Positions 24,660 through 38,761 of a stretch of 64,000 bases of DNA are shown piece after piece. This DNA is from Selaginella moellendorffii (Eukaryota > Plantae > Lycopodiophyta). The first letter of the stretch is position 1. The number at the start of each line of letters is the position of its first letter. A program made the position numbers and the translations under genes. The stretch is from positions 980,641 through 1,044,640 of the forward strand of contig NW_003314309.1 in the NCBI RefSeq assembly GCF_000143415.4, given 5' to 3'. The notes beneath the pieces are model-generated. The model did no database searches. It was not told the origin of the DNA and saw only the letters and a program-made list of their open reading frames with translations.

Positions 24660-27600
24660 GAGAATAAACATCGATAGTGCTGGAAAATCTAATTAGATCC
24701 AAAAATTTTCTGCAACTCGGCAATAGTAAGGCTTGCTTGGTGTATATGAATATCCACTTTAGGATCCTGGTGCAAGATGTTGATGAAGATGTAGTACATA
24801 TGCTTGCAAGGAGCATATGCCTTCCCATGTTCCTCGCACTTCGTAAAGTCTGGACATGTGCAAGAAGGAAAGTCTTGAATGGCAATTGTGTACTCTCCAC
24901 CTTCTGTTTTGACTATGTACTCCTTTGCGAGCGCAGTGATGTACTTCGTGGAGAGAATCTCACACTCAAGTGTTTGAGCCAAGTTTATTTTACCTTGCTT
25001 CTACTTGGAGATGGTACCAATAAATTTAACTGCCTTACCTTTTCGTGTTAGCCTCCTGTGCATCTTTGTAGGAATAGTCTTAGTTCTGTCACTCATATCT
25101 CCAACTCTCTTCTCAAGATTGAAACCAGATTTCTCAAGGTTTTCAATCTCATCCGAGGTGAGCGCAACCCCATTAGCAACCGGCCATTCTTTAGGTATTG
25201 CATCAGGTTTAGTCACTATAGTGTCTTCAAGCCGTTTTGTATGGTTGACATCAGAGTTGCAATAATATAACCAACACCATCTTGAAAATCCTGCTTGCTT
25301 TCGTTCCCCATAGAAACATGGGGCTGGAACAGAAGTAGACTTATCACCACGGATCCAAGCCCAACACTTGCCCCTTGGAAGCATCCCCACACACTTTACA
25401 TTTGATTTCACTGGCACTCGACGGATTGCCCATTGCTTCGGCTCCACACTACGATAACCAATTTCAACCTGTTGTGATGCACTTTCTTCATCAGCCACTT
25501 GAGGTGGTTCGGTTCTGGGGTGATGTCTTGGAGCAGAATGATACTCAACATCAGGCCTGTGAGAGCTTTTTGCTCCAAGATCCGTGCCAACATCTTCACC
25601 AGCAAAGGAAAATCAACGCTTTGAGTGGACGGTCTTCATATCACTAATAGAAGCCTGAGAAGTGTACTCCATAGATGTGCCGCAGACCACTTCCTCCACT
25701 GCAGTTGCCATTGTTCGTGCTGGTGGAGTCACTTTCTTCTTCATCCGATCGTGTAACATCTCAACTGAAGATCCTGTTCCCATGTATCTTCCTTCCTCAA
25801 ATGCCAAGGCTTTTGAAGACTGCTCTATAACGCATATCAAATCTGATAGACATGCTTCATATAGACTCATCTTCCCTTTCCCTGCCTCACAGGAACGCCA
25901 GCTCCAATGTTTACTCTCTGAGAGATTCACAGTTGGGATGTATGCAAGATCCTCAAGTGGTTGATCCTTATAAAAAAATGATATTAAAAAGCAATAAAAA
26001 GAGAGGAAAAAAAGAAAAACCAACCTGAAAAGAGTGATATCCCCATTGGAACATTCTAACTTCCCACCACCCCAACCATGACTCAAGTTGTGGTAGACAA
26101 CTTACGTCAGTATGGCCATCTTCATGCCACCACATTCAGATCTCATTTGCTTTTGCCTCATGCTCTTTTTCAGAAGGTGCAGCTTGCCATTGTTTGCACA
26201 ACTCCTTAAATGTTAATTGGAAATCTGGCTTGATAAGGTGGCAGTGTTGGTTTAGGCTCTGAGCCCAATGGAACTCACAAGTCCTCTCATGACCTTCTAG
26301 GGGTAGACCATTCCCAAAGACTGCCCGGACACCATTCCAATTAGCCCCAGCCCCATCTGCCATGAAACTGCGAAAGTTGGCAGGCTTACTAGTCCGCTTC
26401 AATACAATGTCGGAGAGGGACTTCCAAAATATTTCTTGAGCCATTTGGTCTTGTACTTTAAACTCTGCCATTGCAATTGTCAAGTTACAACGTAGCCTGT
26501 GAAAAGTGCAATGTTTAAAACCATTTTAAGATAATGAGAAAAAAAACTACCTCGGATCATACATATCAGCTCCCATGGTTGTCCAACCCACCACCCGCTC
26601 CATATGGTTAAAATGTACCCATGCATTAGCAAGGTCACTCGACCCAGACATATCCATTCGGGAAACAAGATCCACACCAGAGGCAGGGCCCATGGTAGAC
26701 ATTTTGAAAACAAAGGGGCGCTCTTGCTCACTAACGACTTGATCTGGAAATAAACTCTCATGGATAAACTCATAGGGACAAGTTCGTTTTAGTTCAAGGA
26801 TTGAGTCGATTTTTTATTGGAGTTTCCCCTCTTGAGATTCACACATCCAAAATTTTATCCTAAATAAAACAAAATGTAAGAGAGATATTATTGAAAAGTA
26901 TGTAATAATATTTTCATACCTGAGGCTAGTTGCAGGTTGCACATGTCGTAGTAACTCCCGCAAGCTAGCCTCATCCAGTTGAGTATTCTTGTAGTCCGGA
27001 TCAAGTAAAGTATTTGCGATAAAATCCTTGAGCACTGTCTTTTGAACATGCTTCGGAGTTGCAAATGAATTTCTCACAGTCTCTATCTACACTGCATCTT
27101 TGAAATGGTTGACTGAACTCCTTTGTATCCCTTCCTGCATTGGATGTGTATGCGTGCCAATATGTACTGCAGCTCTATCAACCTCTCCATCCCGTGGAAG
27201 AAAATAGTACATCTTGGCCCTGCAAATGGCATGACACAATGGAGCATTCTTGCAAAACCGACACTTGAATCCAACACCAATAGTGTCATAGAGGGGAGGA
27301 TTGGTTGCAGATCCTTCAAAAAATATAGAGTTTTTACCGCGCTCTTGATTGCATGCTTTATTCACACAATCCAAATATGCTCTATTTCGTTAAAGTGGGA
27401 TTTATTCAGTAAAATGGGACTAGGTACAAATTTTCAAGTATTTGAAAATGACGTGAAATTATATGTTTTTTGTCCAGGGGCTAGACATATCTGGGGCATG
27501 GTGACTAGCGCGGTGACTTTGTGTCCAGATTGAGTCCATCTGGTTGTATAATAAATCTCATTGTCAAGGTGAACAAGCCGAATCTGAAGCTAAAGAAGAG

Positions 27601-28310
27601 CGATGGCATGCGCGCACACACTATTTGTTTGTTCATTGAGCGTGTGGTGAGCTTTCCAAGATGAACGTCATTCCTATTAGCCAGACATATAACTTAATGG
27701 TGAGAACATTTAGATATTATTCAATGTTATCTTTTTCTAACGAATCTAATTGTGAAGGTGTAGCAAGAGGCATTGCTAGTTTGGAGAAGTCATTTAACTC
27801 ATTTGACCCTTAGTGTATTTTCATGAAACTAAATAACATTCATATTATTAAGGAATTTCTCTAGTACCTTTTTTTTATGACATAGAGGCTTGCATTTCTT
27901 TCAAAGGTGATTTAGTAAAAGGCCTGAGGGCACATGCCATTCTATTTCTCAGACCGGTATTAAGATATACTAGTATCAAAGGGAAAAAGGTATTTGGTGA
28001 TCAAGTAAATGGCATGAGGGCACACGCCATTATAAGCCTAAGCGCTAGTGGACACCTCCTTTTTGGTACTCTCAGCGGTACTATCATCTTTTTCCGGGTC
28101 AGTTGTTTTGCTTTGGATTGTTGTCTCTGACGTTACTGGGGCGTTCTCGATAGTTGTTAATGTTGCCGTTTGTTCAGAAAAATGATCACCTGGAGTATAG
28201 TACGGGGAGTTTGGAAGACTTATATATTCTACATCTTCACCTATCTCCTTCTCCGTCTCCTTTTCTGCCTCATTTACAGATTTTGTGCTTGCCATGAGAA
28301 CGCTCTTCAC
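24660..28310 (-). pseudogene. MULE-related transposase-like gene with GCM-like zinc domain and SWIM finger (multi-exon, disrupted)
   Basis: CVNKAC..CRFC..C..C.AKMYY..AVHIGTHTHP; WVHFNHMERVVGWTT, FMADGAGANWNGVRAVF, RTCEFHWAQSL, PTVNLSESKH; SWIM SCTCPDF..PCKHMYYI. Stops and frameshifts present. Confidence 0.75.
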
Positions 28311-31300
28311 CCTAAAATATGGAGTTCGTTGTGTTATAAAAGGAAACTAACACACACGCTGCAAGGGAATGATGGTACATAAAGCACGTAAGCCCACAAT
28401 ATGGGTTTATGTGCCATTAATATGGGCCACACGCCATATTATTAGATTTATGCACGTGTGATTGGTAAATGCATATGTCACATCATCTTTGTTTTACCTC
28501 ACACACTATATCAGGCCTAATGAACCATATCACATGTGCGCACATGCTATATATATGGAGAAGTATTATGCAAGGATAGAAAAATTCAATGCATGATTGT
28601 GGAGAGCAATGGCATGAAGCCACATGCTAAATAACATTTTAGAGAAAGAATTAAAATAGAAACATACAAACAGTACTGAGTGGACCAAGACTTAGAAGTG
28701 CACAATTGAATGAGGTATTTCTAATAAATATTTCACTCACCTCATATAGGAATGGCTACCACTCTCAAATGGCGTATCGCCTCATGCCATCACCTCGCAA
28801 TTTGTTATAACAATCCAATGAATTTATATTCGGCTTGTTCACCTTGAACTTTAAGTAAGATTTGCTAGAACAACTAAGAATTTATACTTGTTATTTGTAT
28901 CATCTCACCTAGGAATGGCGTAAGGCCACATGCCATCACGCCTCCTCTGATTCAGATTCGGATTGTTCACCTTGAAATAAAATACATTAGAAACTTAGTA
29001 AAGGAATATTAATGAATCTCACCTTGAACCCGGGTTATGAATGCTCTTGCTGCATCTCTTGCATGGTCTGGAAGCATCCAACCATGCACAACATTATCCA
29101 CCGATATGCTCATGCTGGGATCCCTTGGATTCAGCACCCATCTCTTTTCTAGGCAATCCTTCGTATATCCGGAACTTGGCTTAAACCACTCCGCAGTTAC
29201 ATTGAAAGAGTTAGTTTCTGCGTCCTCCTCTGCATCAGTGATGCAGTGCCCCACCCATATCATTTGTTTTTTATTACTGGGTCTGACAAGCACGACCATT
29301 CCTTTGCAGACCTGTACTGGATTAAATGCTGAATCCGGCTTCTTGTTCCTCGGCCCACAATAGTGATCCTCAACATCGTTATCTGTCACTGCATTTCCAG
29401 AGGACATTGTTCCGCTACTATCTGGTGCTCTGGGTTCTAGCCAAAAGGACTCTTCCAATTCCTCATATACAACTGGCCCATTTTGGATAGTAGATATAAT
29501 CTTCTCCCAGTATTCGATCAAAGGTTTGCACCTCTGAAAATAGGATTCTCCACCAAACACCAACCCCCTCTTCCAGAAGGCAATATGCTGTCTAATCCCA
29601 GCCACTATACTTTCCTGGTCTTTGAGTCCATCCGGGTGCATCGGCCGTGGGGAACCCTGAGTAATAATAGGTTCCCCAATTATGGGATCTCTCTTGAAGA
29701 GTTCAATGCCGTCCACTGGCAGCCACACTGTGTCCCATTCTCTCATCTTGTACCTCATCACTGGAGCACCATCACGCATGCTGAAATGAAACTGAAGAGG
29801 CTTGGAGTGGCCAATCAGCGTTTCGGATCCGTCCCTGATGTAGCCTCTTACAAACCCCTTAAAGTCTGGAACCTCTGTCACAAGTGCAGCTTCAACAGTG
29901 CCTTTGATGCAATTTTGGAATTCATCGTAGAGTTGTGGGAGGGTGAGGACATTGGATCGCCGGAGGGACTCTGCTAGGTGACTGAACATGGCATCGACGT
30001 CTTCATGAGTGTGCCCAACCATGAGAAAGCCAAGTGTAACCGTTTCAAATATGCCTTTGGCAACAAGCATCGCCAAGTACGCGAAGACGTACATGTTTTT
30101 GTTCTCACTGCTAGCATTGTCTGTTTGGAGCAGAAGATGGGGTGGAAGGCCATATCGGCCGCAAGAACTTCCTTGAGATTCTGCTTCGTTTGGATGAGGC
30201 TGTGCATTCACCGGGCGACCAGCCTCGTCGGAATGGCATGAGGCCTCACGTGATAACCCTACAATCTGACGGCCAACATATTCACTGGGATGGCATGAGG
30301 CCCCACGCGATACTGCAAGCCTTTGCTCCTCCTCTAGCTGAACCCTGTATGGGGTTCGATCGACAAGGGCCTTATGCAAGGGTTGGCCGTTTAGCTCAGT
30401 CTGCGCACTTTGCAGAGACCTTAAGTGTTTTGCTAGGGACGCAATCATCATGTTTGCACCCCCGACAACCCATAGAGGTACAAAGAAGTTCCCATAGTTC
30501 TGGGCACCATGCCCATGAGCGATTATGCCAAACAGAGACACAGGCAGCTGCATGGATGAAGAGATTGCCTTGGGGGCAGGATTGAGTCGAGGTAAGCACG
30601 TCTTTTTCTGGTCCATTTTGTCGTGGATGATGCAGAGGTAAGAGTCAAGTCTCTCTATGGAGAGAATCCTGTTATGATAATATGCAGTCCTGCAGCTTCT
30701 CTGCTCGATGTTGTGGTCGAGCTACCTTCTAACCAACGTCTCTCGCTCTTGAGCGATGCAAGAATTCTTCGACAAAGCCATTTTGATAGCAATGCACTCG
30801 TCACACTTTGAAAAGCTGGAGTACTTTCCTATACTCACATCCCTGAACCTGTTTCTCCACAATCTACTAAATCTAGATTGGCTCAGCTTCCTGTAGCCAT
30901 TACTCTGGAGTTCCCGATTCACATCTTCCAATATGGCCAACTTGGTATACATGGAAGGGAGAACTCGTTGGGTGTCTCGAGTTCCATCTTCCAAGAGGCG
31001 GGTTTTATGTGGTTGCTGCTCGGTACATGTCTCGACAAACCTCTTGAAGATTGCCTCTCCATATACAACATGACCCCTGGTTTTGTGAGTACCGTCGTTC
31101 CCATGGACTGCCTGTTGAACCCTTTGTTCCTCGAACTCAGTTTTGATTCTGTAGAATGTGGTTCGAGGGACTCCATAAATGATTCTCCATGCCTTCATGC
31201 AGACCAAACCCCTCTGGAAGACCATGCCCCCCACCTGATGTTTTGAAGCATCAACAGATGACCGTAATGCCTCATACACAAAATTGCGAGCTGCCTTCCA

Positions 31301-34300
31301 GGACAATGTCTTGTATCTTGCTCTCTCCTCTTCAATAGCATCCCAATCAGCATGTTGACAGCACCTCCTCTTGCAACAAGCAACTATCGAGACCATTCAA
31401 ACCTCCATCGCCATTTTCTGCCTTTTCGGTTCGTTGCTCAGATCCCTTTGGCTGCGCTTTAGGAAGGTGTAATTTCTTTTCCCATGAAGAGATGTTCTGT
31501 CATCAGTTGTAGTGGTGTTTGATTGTGAATCCTTCACATTCTCAAACACTAAGTGCCTCAATTTCCACCGCACAATGCTTCCAATAGTCAGACTGTTTTC
31601 TTCTGTGTCAACAACCTCTAAAATCGCAACTCCAATATCATCCCAGCCCAATTCTTGATTAGCAACCGCATCTCTTGGATCGACAACTGTGGCTAAGCCC
31701 TCAGCTACCACCTCCCCCTCGGGGTTGTTTAGAAACACCTTTGCCTGAATCCATGTAGCACGGTTCTTAAGATCCACGGAGGGAACATGCGTCACACTTG
31801 CGGAGGCCATTCTGAAAGTGCAGAAAAGAAGTTAAGACCATAAAAAAAATGATTGGAGAATGGCCTAAATCATAACATACCAAACAACCTCAATAGCATG
31901 AGGCCACATGCCATTATTCAAACATGCTATTGACACCCACGTGAAATTTCACATTCACAAAATTGGCATGAGGCCTCATGCCATCTTGATATACACACAG
32001 CTGCAGGCAAGTAAAAACATACATGACAATACACTAGCCATGAAATTGCAAGGGCCCAAGATGGCATGTGGCCTCATGCCATTTCTAAATGTGGTCCTAA
32101 GCCATTCCATGGTGAACATACCAGGAAGCACAAGTGCCGAATATCAAGAGGAAGCGGTAGCCACACCAAAGACAGTGCCGCTTGCAACACCGCAACTACT
32201 CGTAGCGCCGCTCGCAACACCGCAACTGCTCGTAGCACCGCTCGCACAAACTGCCACTCGCATAAACTGCCGCTCGCAATGGCGCTTGCAATGCCGCAAC
32301 CGCTCGTAGACGCATAAACCACAGCTCACAACGCCGCTTACACAAGCAGTGCTCACTACGCTCAGCGGAACCAAGAACACGGCGCACAAAAATGATAGAC
32401 CTAGGAATGAGTTCGAGAATTCAAAAATAACACACGCTTGAACGTCACATCAAATCCTCTGACAAACCAGATCTTATGATTCCTCTGACAAATTTCAAAC
32501 TGAGTAGCTTCTAGACTTTGCTGTCGGAGGTTGAACTTTGTCACATCATGTCCTTGCCTCGATCCAGCTGTGCCATGTCAGTGATTCGAACTTTGCCATG
32601 CCATGTCAGCGATCTGCGCCAAGATTATTCGCCGTGTAAAGGAATAATTATGCTGTGTGTGTACGTTCATTTATGGCAATATAAGGCCACATGCCATTCA
32701 AAGAATAATGCTAGTCGAGCATTTTTTGGTGCATTTTTGGGTTCAAAATTGCATGAGCCCACACGCTATAAAGTTTACCTATACCAAAAATAGAAATAGC
32801 TTTATTTACTTGGGAATTTAAGTGGTTGAGGCATTTTTAAACTTACAAACACATGCCCTACTTACATTCCTTTGGTTGCTTAAAATTCAAAAATATTATA
32901 AACCTTTCTTTTTGCATTTTCAATGTTTTCAATTATGGTTTTTGATTTTCGCAGGACCAACCTAGTAATCTATTTGCATCCCGTCATGTTTATAGCTAGC
33001 TTTCGTTTGTCCCCTTCGCTAGCCTGAGATACATCTGCTCGGCATCTGCCTCTTACAGCATTTGCCCAGAAAGGGCATCTTTCTTCATGCAGCATTTGCC
33101 ACATGTTTAGGGTTTAGGGTTTAGCAATTCAGTAACTTGATAAACATGCAAATACAGAACTTGATGCAAAATCCTTTGATATGTCAGGACCATAAACACA
33201 TTTTAATAGAGAGGGTCCTTTCATTTCATAACTCCTTACGTAGATCTTGGTGAAACCAGAGTTAGTGAAGTTGGTTTCTTGTGATCCCGCATCTGATTGT
33301 GATGTCCCTTTGCAGTGTCGATGGAAAGGTCAATGCACACCAAACTGTAGAATCTTGGAGCAAAATAACGGTCGGATCTATGGGAAATGCCCTTGAAACA
33401 TTGTAAAGCTCGTGTGGTCTCATGTGGTGTCCGATCGAGATGCTTCTTTGCAGGGTCATCAAGAAGGACATTGTATACCATTCTTTATTTAGCTGAACAT
33501 CTGGCATTTTTGGAAATACAAGATGCTTTGGAATATCCAATCATGCATGGTATAAATATAGCGAGGGTATTAAATGATATCCCAATCATGATCTTTCTTT
33601 TGGATTTCGCGTGCATGCAGTCCGAGGAATGATGACGTTGCGGATTTCTTTTGGATTTCACGTGCATGCATGCGCACGGCGATCCAGAAATTAATGGTGG
33701 CGCCCAAGTCCGAGGAATGATGACGTGGCGGGATTACTAACCGTCGTGACATTTCGCGCGTGTGAGGTTAGGTTTTGCATCGTACTCGCGCTCGCACACT
33801 CGCGCTCGCATCGCGCTCCCACTCGCGATCACGCTCACATTCGCGCTCATCTACCTTCTCTACAGGTTTCTCGTGTGCATCGGCGTCCACTCGCGCTTGC
33901 ATCACACTTGTGCTCGCATCGCGCTCGTGTGCATCGGCGTCCACTTCAAAACACACCTAGTTTGTAACTTCGCCGCCAACTCCACCGCCCACTCCGCCAC
34001 CCACACGCAGCCCACTTGGCGTCCCGGGAGATTTCAGCGCCACTCTCAAACTGTAAGTGGCAGAGTAGCCTTGCTGCTACGATCCGCTGCACACATAGTG
34101 CACATTCGCCAGCGAGTCCGGCCTCGATTGTCACGCCTCCATTCGGCTTCAAATGGTAAGTCTTTTAGGCCAAGTAGAAAATGGCATGAGGCCACATGCT
34201 ATTCAGTAGCAACATTGGCATGCACCGATTGGGCTCTCGAGTGCAGTCCGGTTACAGATGGCGTGTAGCCTCACGCCATCTTAGGATGCAACCTCAAGAC

Positions 34301-37300
34301 ATCTGATGCAGTGGTGAATGGTGTGTGGCCTCACGTTATTTCCAGCTGCTAGTTTTTCATCTATCAGCTCTAATTGTTGTGCATTTCTGAACAGGCGAGG
34401 AATTGCGTTCTTCTTCCAGCCACTGTCAATGTGGATGCAAAGAAGGGGGAGGAGCTCACCAGTTGGACTTTTGGGATGGAAGGCGAGGATCTGAGGCTGT
34501 ACAACATAGATGGTGGGAGAAAAGAATGCATAGGGATCCTCATCCAAGTGACAGACACTCCATGCAGTTCCATGCAAGAATATGGACTGGCACTTGTGGT
34601 AGAGACAGCATCCGCCTTCAAGATCCACCTTGCACATCCTAGCGGCTTCCCGGAGGGGGGCAGCGGCTATGAGGAATTCCTAGAGGGAACTAGGGAGAGG
34701 TTGTCCAGGAGGCCCACAATTTCAAAGACGTTGCGGGTCTATGAAGATCACATGGAATCCACGGACCTCACCTACGGCGATGTTCAAAAACTATATTCCA
34801 ACATTGAGCCATTGAGAGTGCCTCCAGTTCGCGAAGCGAAGGGGAAGGTGGTCGATCTGGAAACTACCCCGAAGCAGAAAAGGGTGGTCAAGCTCAAGCC
34901 GACGTCCGACTCTCCTGCTCCAAAAAAGAAGCTACTCGGTGATGCCATTGCCTCGGGTTTGAACACTACACCCACCAAAAAGAAGAGCCGCAAAGAGCAG
35001 AAAGAGCAAGAAGAGGCAGCAAAAATCGTCGCAGATAATAGTACTTGTTACTATTCCAACAAAGTATATACAATCGACGTAAGCCGTATCGACATCCAAA
35101 GCAAATACAACCACAGGCTAGTATCTGATGAGTGGGTGGAGAAACTGAAGCAGAAGATGCTGGCAAGTCCAGTAACACTCGACATCGCAGACGTGATCCC
35201 CTACTACCGAACAATGAAGGGTGAGACGAGGTTTCCAGACTTGATCAATAGGAAGGTGTTGGACGATCAGAACATCTGGTTCTATGCCGTCTCCGGGCAG
35301 CATTCTAGCTTGGTGATGCAAGAGATAGTTGTGGATATTATGGTGGGCGAGGAGGTGAAGAAAGTCTTCAAGACAAGAGTTGTCCGCCTGATAAAAGGCA
35401 ACTCGCCCCTCCGATCTATCATATACATCTCCCACGCACAGAATGTCAAGCAAGAAACGTGCTACAAATTGGGTCTGCACGAGACATTGGCACGAACACG
35501 GAAGCTCTGGGTTCAACTGAAGAAGCCACAAAAACTAGGATAAAGATGTGCACTAGCAACTAGCGCCTAGTAGGTAAGCCTCATTGCATGTGGCATAGCA
35601 TGTGGCCTCACGCCATTTCCATTGCAGGAATTCTCGAGTCTTCTCTCGAAAACACTGGGGGTCAATGACACACTCAGCATCCATAACATTCTACTCGCGA
35701 CAAAAGTTGTTTTTGACAAATGGGTAGATGTGCTGAGGAGGTACCATGATGGGGAGTTGCTAAACTCAATGGGTGTGGAAGACGGCCGGAAGCCCAATGA
35801 TTTGAAGCTCAACGCCTTGTGTTTCTCGTGGTCTCTAGACGACGATGACCTTCTGACAGTGGCTAATGCTCTTCTATGTGGTGAGGTAGTCTTCAACAAG
35901 ACCAAAATGACTCCTGGCCATATTGTGACATACGAGGACTTGTGCACGACTCTGAGAGCTCGTGCGCTATTGAAGGATTGGATCTTCGAGCAAGTGGCCG
36001 TGGAGAGGGTGAGCATCGACACCACGCAAGAGATGATGGAAGAGCTGGAGTTGTCAAATGAAGACATCGACGAGTACGTGAAGGGGGCCCCCAAGTTCAT
36101 CGATCTGCTGCGGGATGCCATGAAAAGTAAAGCTGAGAAGTTGGATCAGTATCCAAATTTCATTAAGAGGGATGTCGACCGCCGGCTTCAGAAACAGCTC
36201 GACCCCACAGCAGAGGCCTATCGAGAACCTTACCGGGTATACGTGAATTCGGATGAGGATCAAAGGTGGAGGAGCATCGTTTCCCGTGAAGATGAGCAGG
36301 TCAAGAACATCTTTTGTGTGATGGACTTCACAAACGAGGAGATCACTCATGCAGACGAAGTCAGCTCCATCATTGACTTAATGGTGGGACTTGCGGAGGT
36401 GGAATCTTCAGTCCACTATATGATCTACGACTCCGAATCCTATCACAAGTTCTGGAAGGCCTTGAACGAGGTGAAGGCTCGGTTGAAAGGCAAGGAGATG
36501 CAGGAGATCCATGGGATAATGGCTAAGAAGAAGATACCAACGAATGTTCGCATCTTCACACTCGCCCTTGTTATTGGTCCTGCAGTAGAGTGGGACTGGA
36601 GTGACTTCCCAGCTTCGTTCGACAAGGCCGATCGAATTGATCTGAGGGAGGTCAATTTACCCGTGCCTGAGGAACTGAAGACGGCTATGGAGCTTTCGAA
36701 TCCAGAGAAAGCTCCAGGTGCAGCATGGGAAATGCTCAGCTGGGTCTTCAATGCAATAGTGGGTGGGTCACCTGCTTCCGACTCCAAGGGCAAATGCGTT
36801 GTCGAGTACAACTGCGGCGGACTATTCTTTCGAGCCGCACTACTCAAGGGTGTCCTGTGTGTTGCGGTGACAAACTCCATTGAAGAGGTGACTTCAATGG
36901 AGCATATAATTACAATTGCCAAAGAAAAACAGTATCTTCTCTGCGAACCTGGTGAGTACGCACTTTAAGTTTAAATGTTATCTCACAAGCTCTGTATGCA
37001 GGAGCGTGGCCACCCCCAGATGCTGAAACGGCGTTAACAGCTACTGTTGAAGATACCCATATTGGGCCGAGCTCACAACCTGCACAAGGTAAGGTCACGT
37101 GAGGCCTCATGCCATTTTGATTATAGATCGTTGTGAATATTCAGACACGAGGACTGAAAAGCGCACTGGTGGCGTGTCGAAGAAGGACAAACAGACAAGC
37201 AATAGGAAAAAAAGGAGGTACAAATTATATTTGCAATGGTGTGTGGTCTCATGCCATTCCTTGCAGGAGACACTTCTTCAAAGGCAAAACAGGCAAGCAC

Positions 37301-38761
37301 CAGCCAAGCTCAAACTGACAGTGGTCATAAAAAGCGAAAGCACGTTGGACAGTCGTCGGGATCAGAGGCGTTTGATTCGAAAAGGAAGAAGGGCAACGAA
37401 AAGATGATAGGTAATGCCTCGCGGTTATGGCGTGTGTGCTCATGCCATTCATTGTAGATCAAGGGCTGAGTGAAAGTAGCCAGTCACCACCTCCTGACTC
37501 AGATTCCTATGGCGGACTCCCCTTCCCTAATCTCAATGGAGAGGTACAATGGATGAGGGATGCTTTTCAAGTCAGGGCCACGTTTTTTTCATCTCGTCGT
37601 CTTCGAAGGGTGCAAGAACGTGCAAAAACCATGTTAAGACAGTCGGGTGAGGATACGGTCCTAGGTCACGCACTAAAACAGGCTATGGATGTCTCGTATT
37701 TTGAGATGGAGACTCGGCCAGATGATTTTCCCAAGATGGTCCTGAAAGAACAAGCCATCCAGCCTGAGCAGCCTATAGAAGAAATGCAGGAGGGGGATGA
37801 GGAGCCAGAGAAAGATAATGAGCAGGAAGAGCAGAAGGACGAAGAGGAGGACAAAGAAGAGGAGGACGAAGAAGAGGAGGACGAAAAGGACTTGGATGGT
37901 CCCCACAATGGTGACGATCACAATAATGACAACGACGATGATGACGACGATGGCCAGCCTGAGGTGGCCAAAGAGCAGCGGAGGAAGGTCATACAAGACA
38001 AACCATCAGGTAAATAATAGTACATCCATTCCTAACCTTTTACCATTTCTAACATTGTCCATGTAGGTTGCAAAGCAAATGGTAAGTAGAGATTATTAAG
38101 TTGAATTAAGATACAAACTCTAGCCTTTAGTGTCGAGGAAGGATAGTGCCAAGCAAGGGTCGAAACGTATGTCCAATCCTTCAGAATCAGCAGTGCGCCC
38201 AAGTGATATCGGTCCTAGTTCCTCAATAGCAGTTGATGGTAAATACAATATAGTCGATTCAATGTGCTAATGAGTTTGTTTTTAGTAGCCAGTAGGAGGA
38301 TACCATCTCAATCGAAGGGAGATATTTGGACATGCATATGGATCCGCCAATGGACTCTACTTACCTGCAAGAGTTATCAGAGCTGGTGGAGGCTACTATC
38401 CATATCAACGCCAAGCAAGTTGACCACGCTCCACTTGATGCTGCCCATACCACTGAGTCAATCTTGTCCACGTATCCAACTGACGGTGACCAGGTGCCAT
38501 TGGATCCACATGAGGCCGCCCCAGCCGCCAAGCCAGTCGTATCCTCATTTCCAACGGACTCAACGTGTGCCCAATCGTCTGACTACACACCGTTGGAACC
38601 TCCCTACACCGCCCCTGCTGCCTGTTCGGTCATGTCCACTTTGCCAACGGAGGCACCAGCTGAAATGGCGTGTGATCACACGCCATCGGAACCACCCCAT
38701 GCCACTGTTGAGCCAGTTGTACCAAAGTCTACAGCTGAAATGGCATGTGCCCACACGCCAT
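27600..38761. repeat. Dispersed 22-bp palindrome ATGGCRTGWGGCCWCAYGCCAT (about 20 copies)
   Basis: Copies start near 27919, 28009, 28609, 28769, 28915, 30233, 30290, 31893, 31963, 32061, 34181, 34258, 34318, 35595, 37094, 37236, 37427, 38665 and 38740, plus more degenerate ones. Confidence 0.9.
29009..31810 (-). pseudogene. Sola1-like DDD transposase, one 934-codon frame with two in-frame stops
   Basis: ORFs 31397-31810, 30722-31396 and 29009-30616 share a frame, broken by TGA and TAG. Motifs FSKCDEC, IIHDKMDQ, LQTDNASSENKN and FLMVGHTHEDVDAMFS. The N-terminus resembles the Tnp1/En/Spm-associated domain. Confidence 0.82.

Noticed and set aside
27600-38761. Palindromes as a CRISPR array or bacterial REP contamination
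   Set aside because: Irregular spacing, no cas genes, spliceosomal introns and plant flanks.
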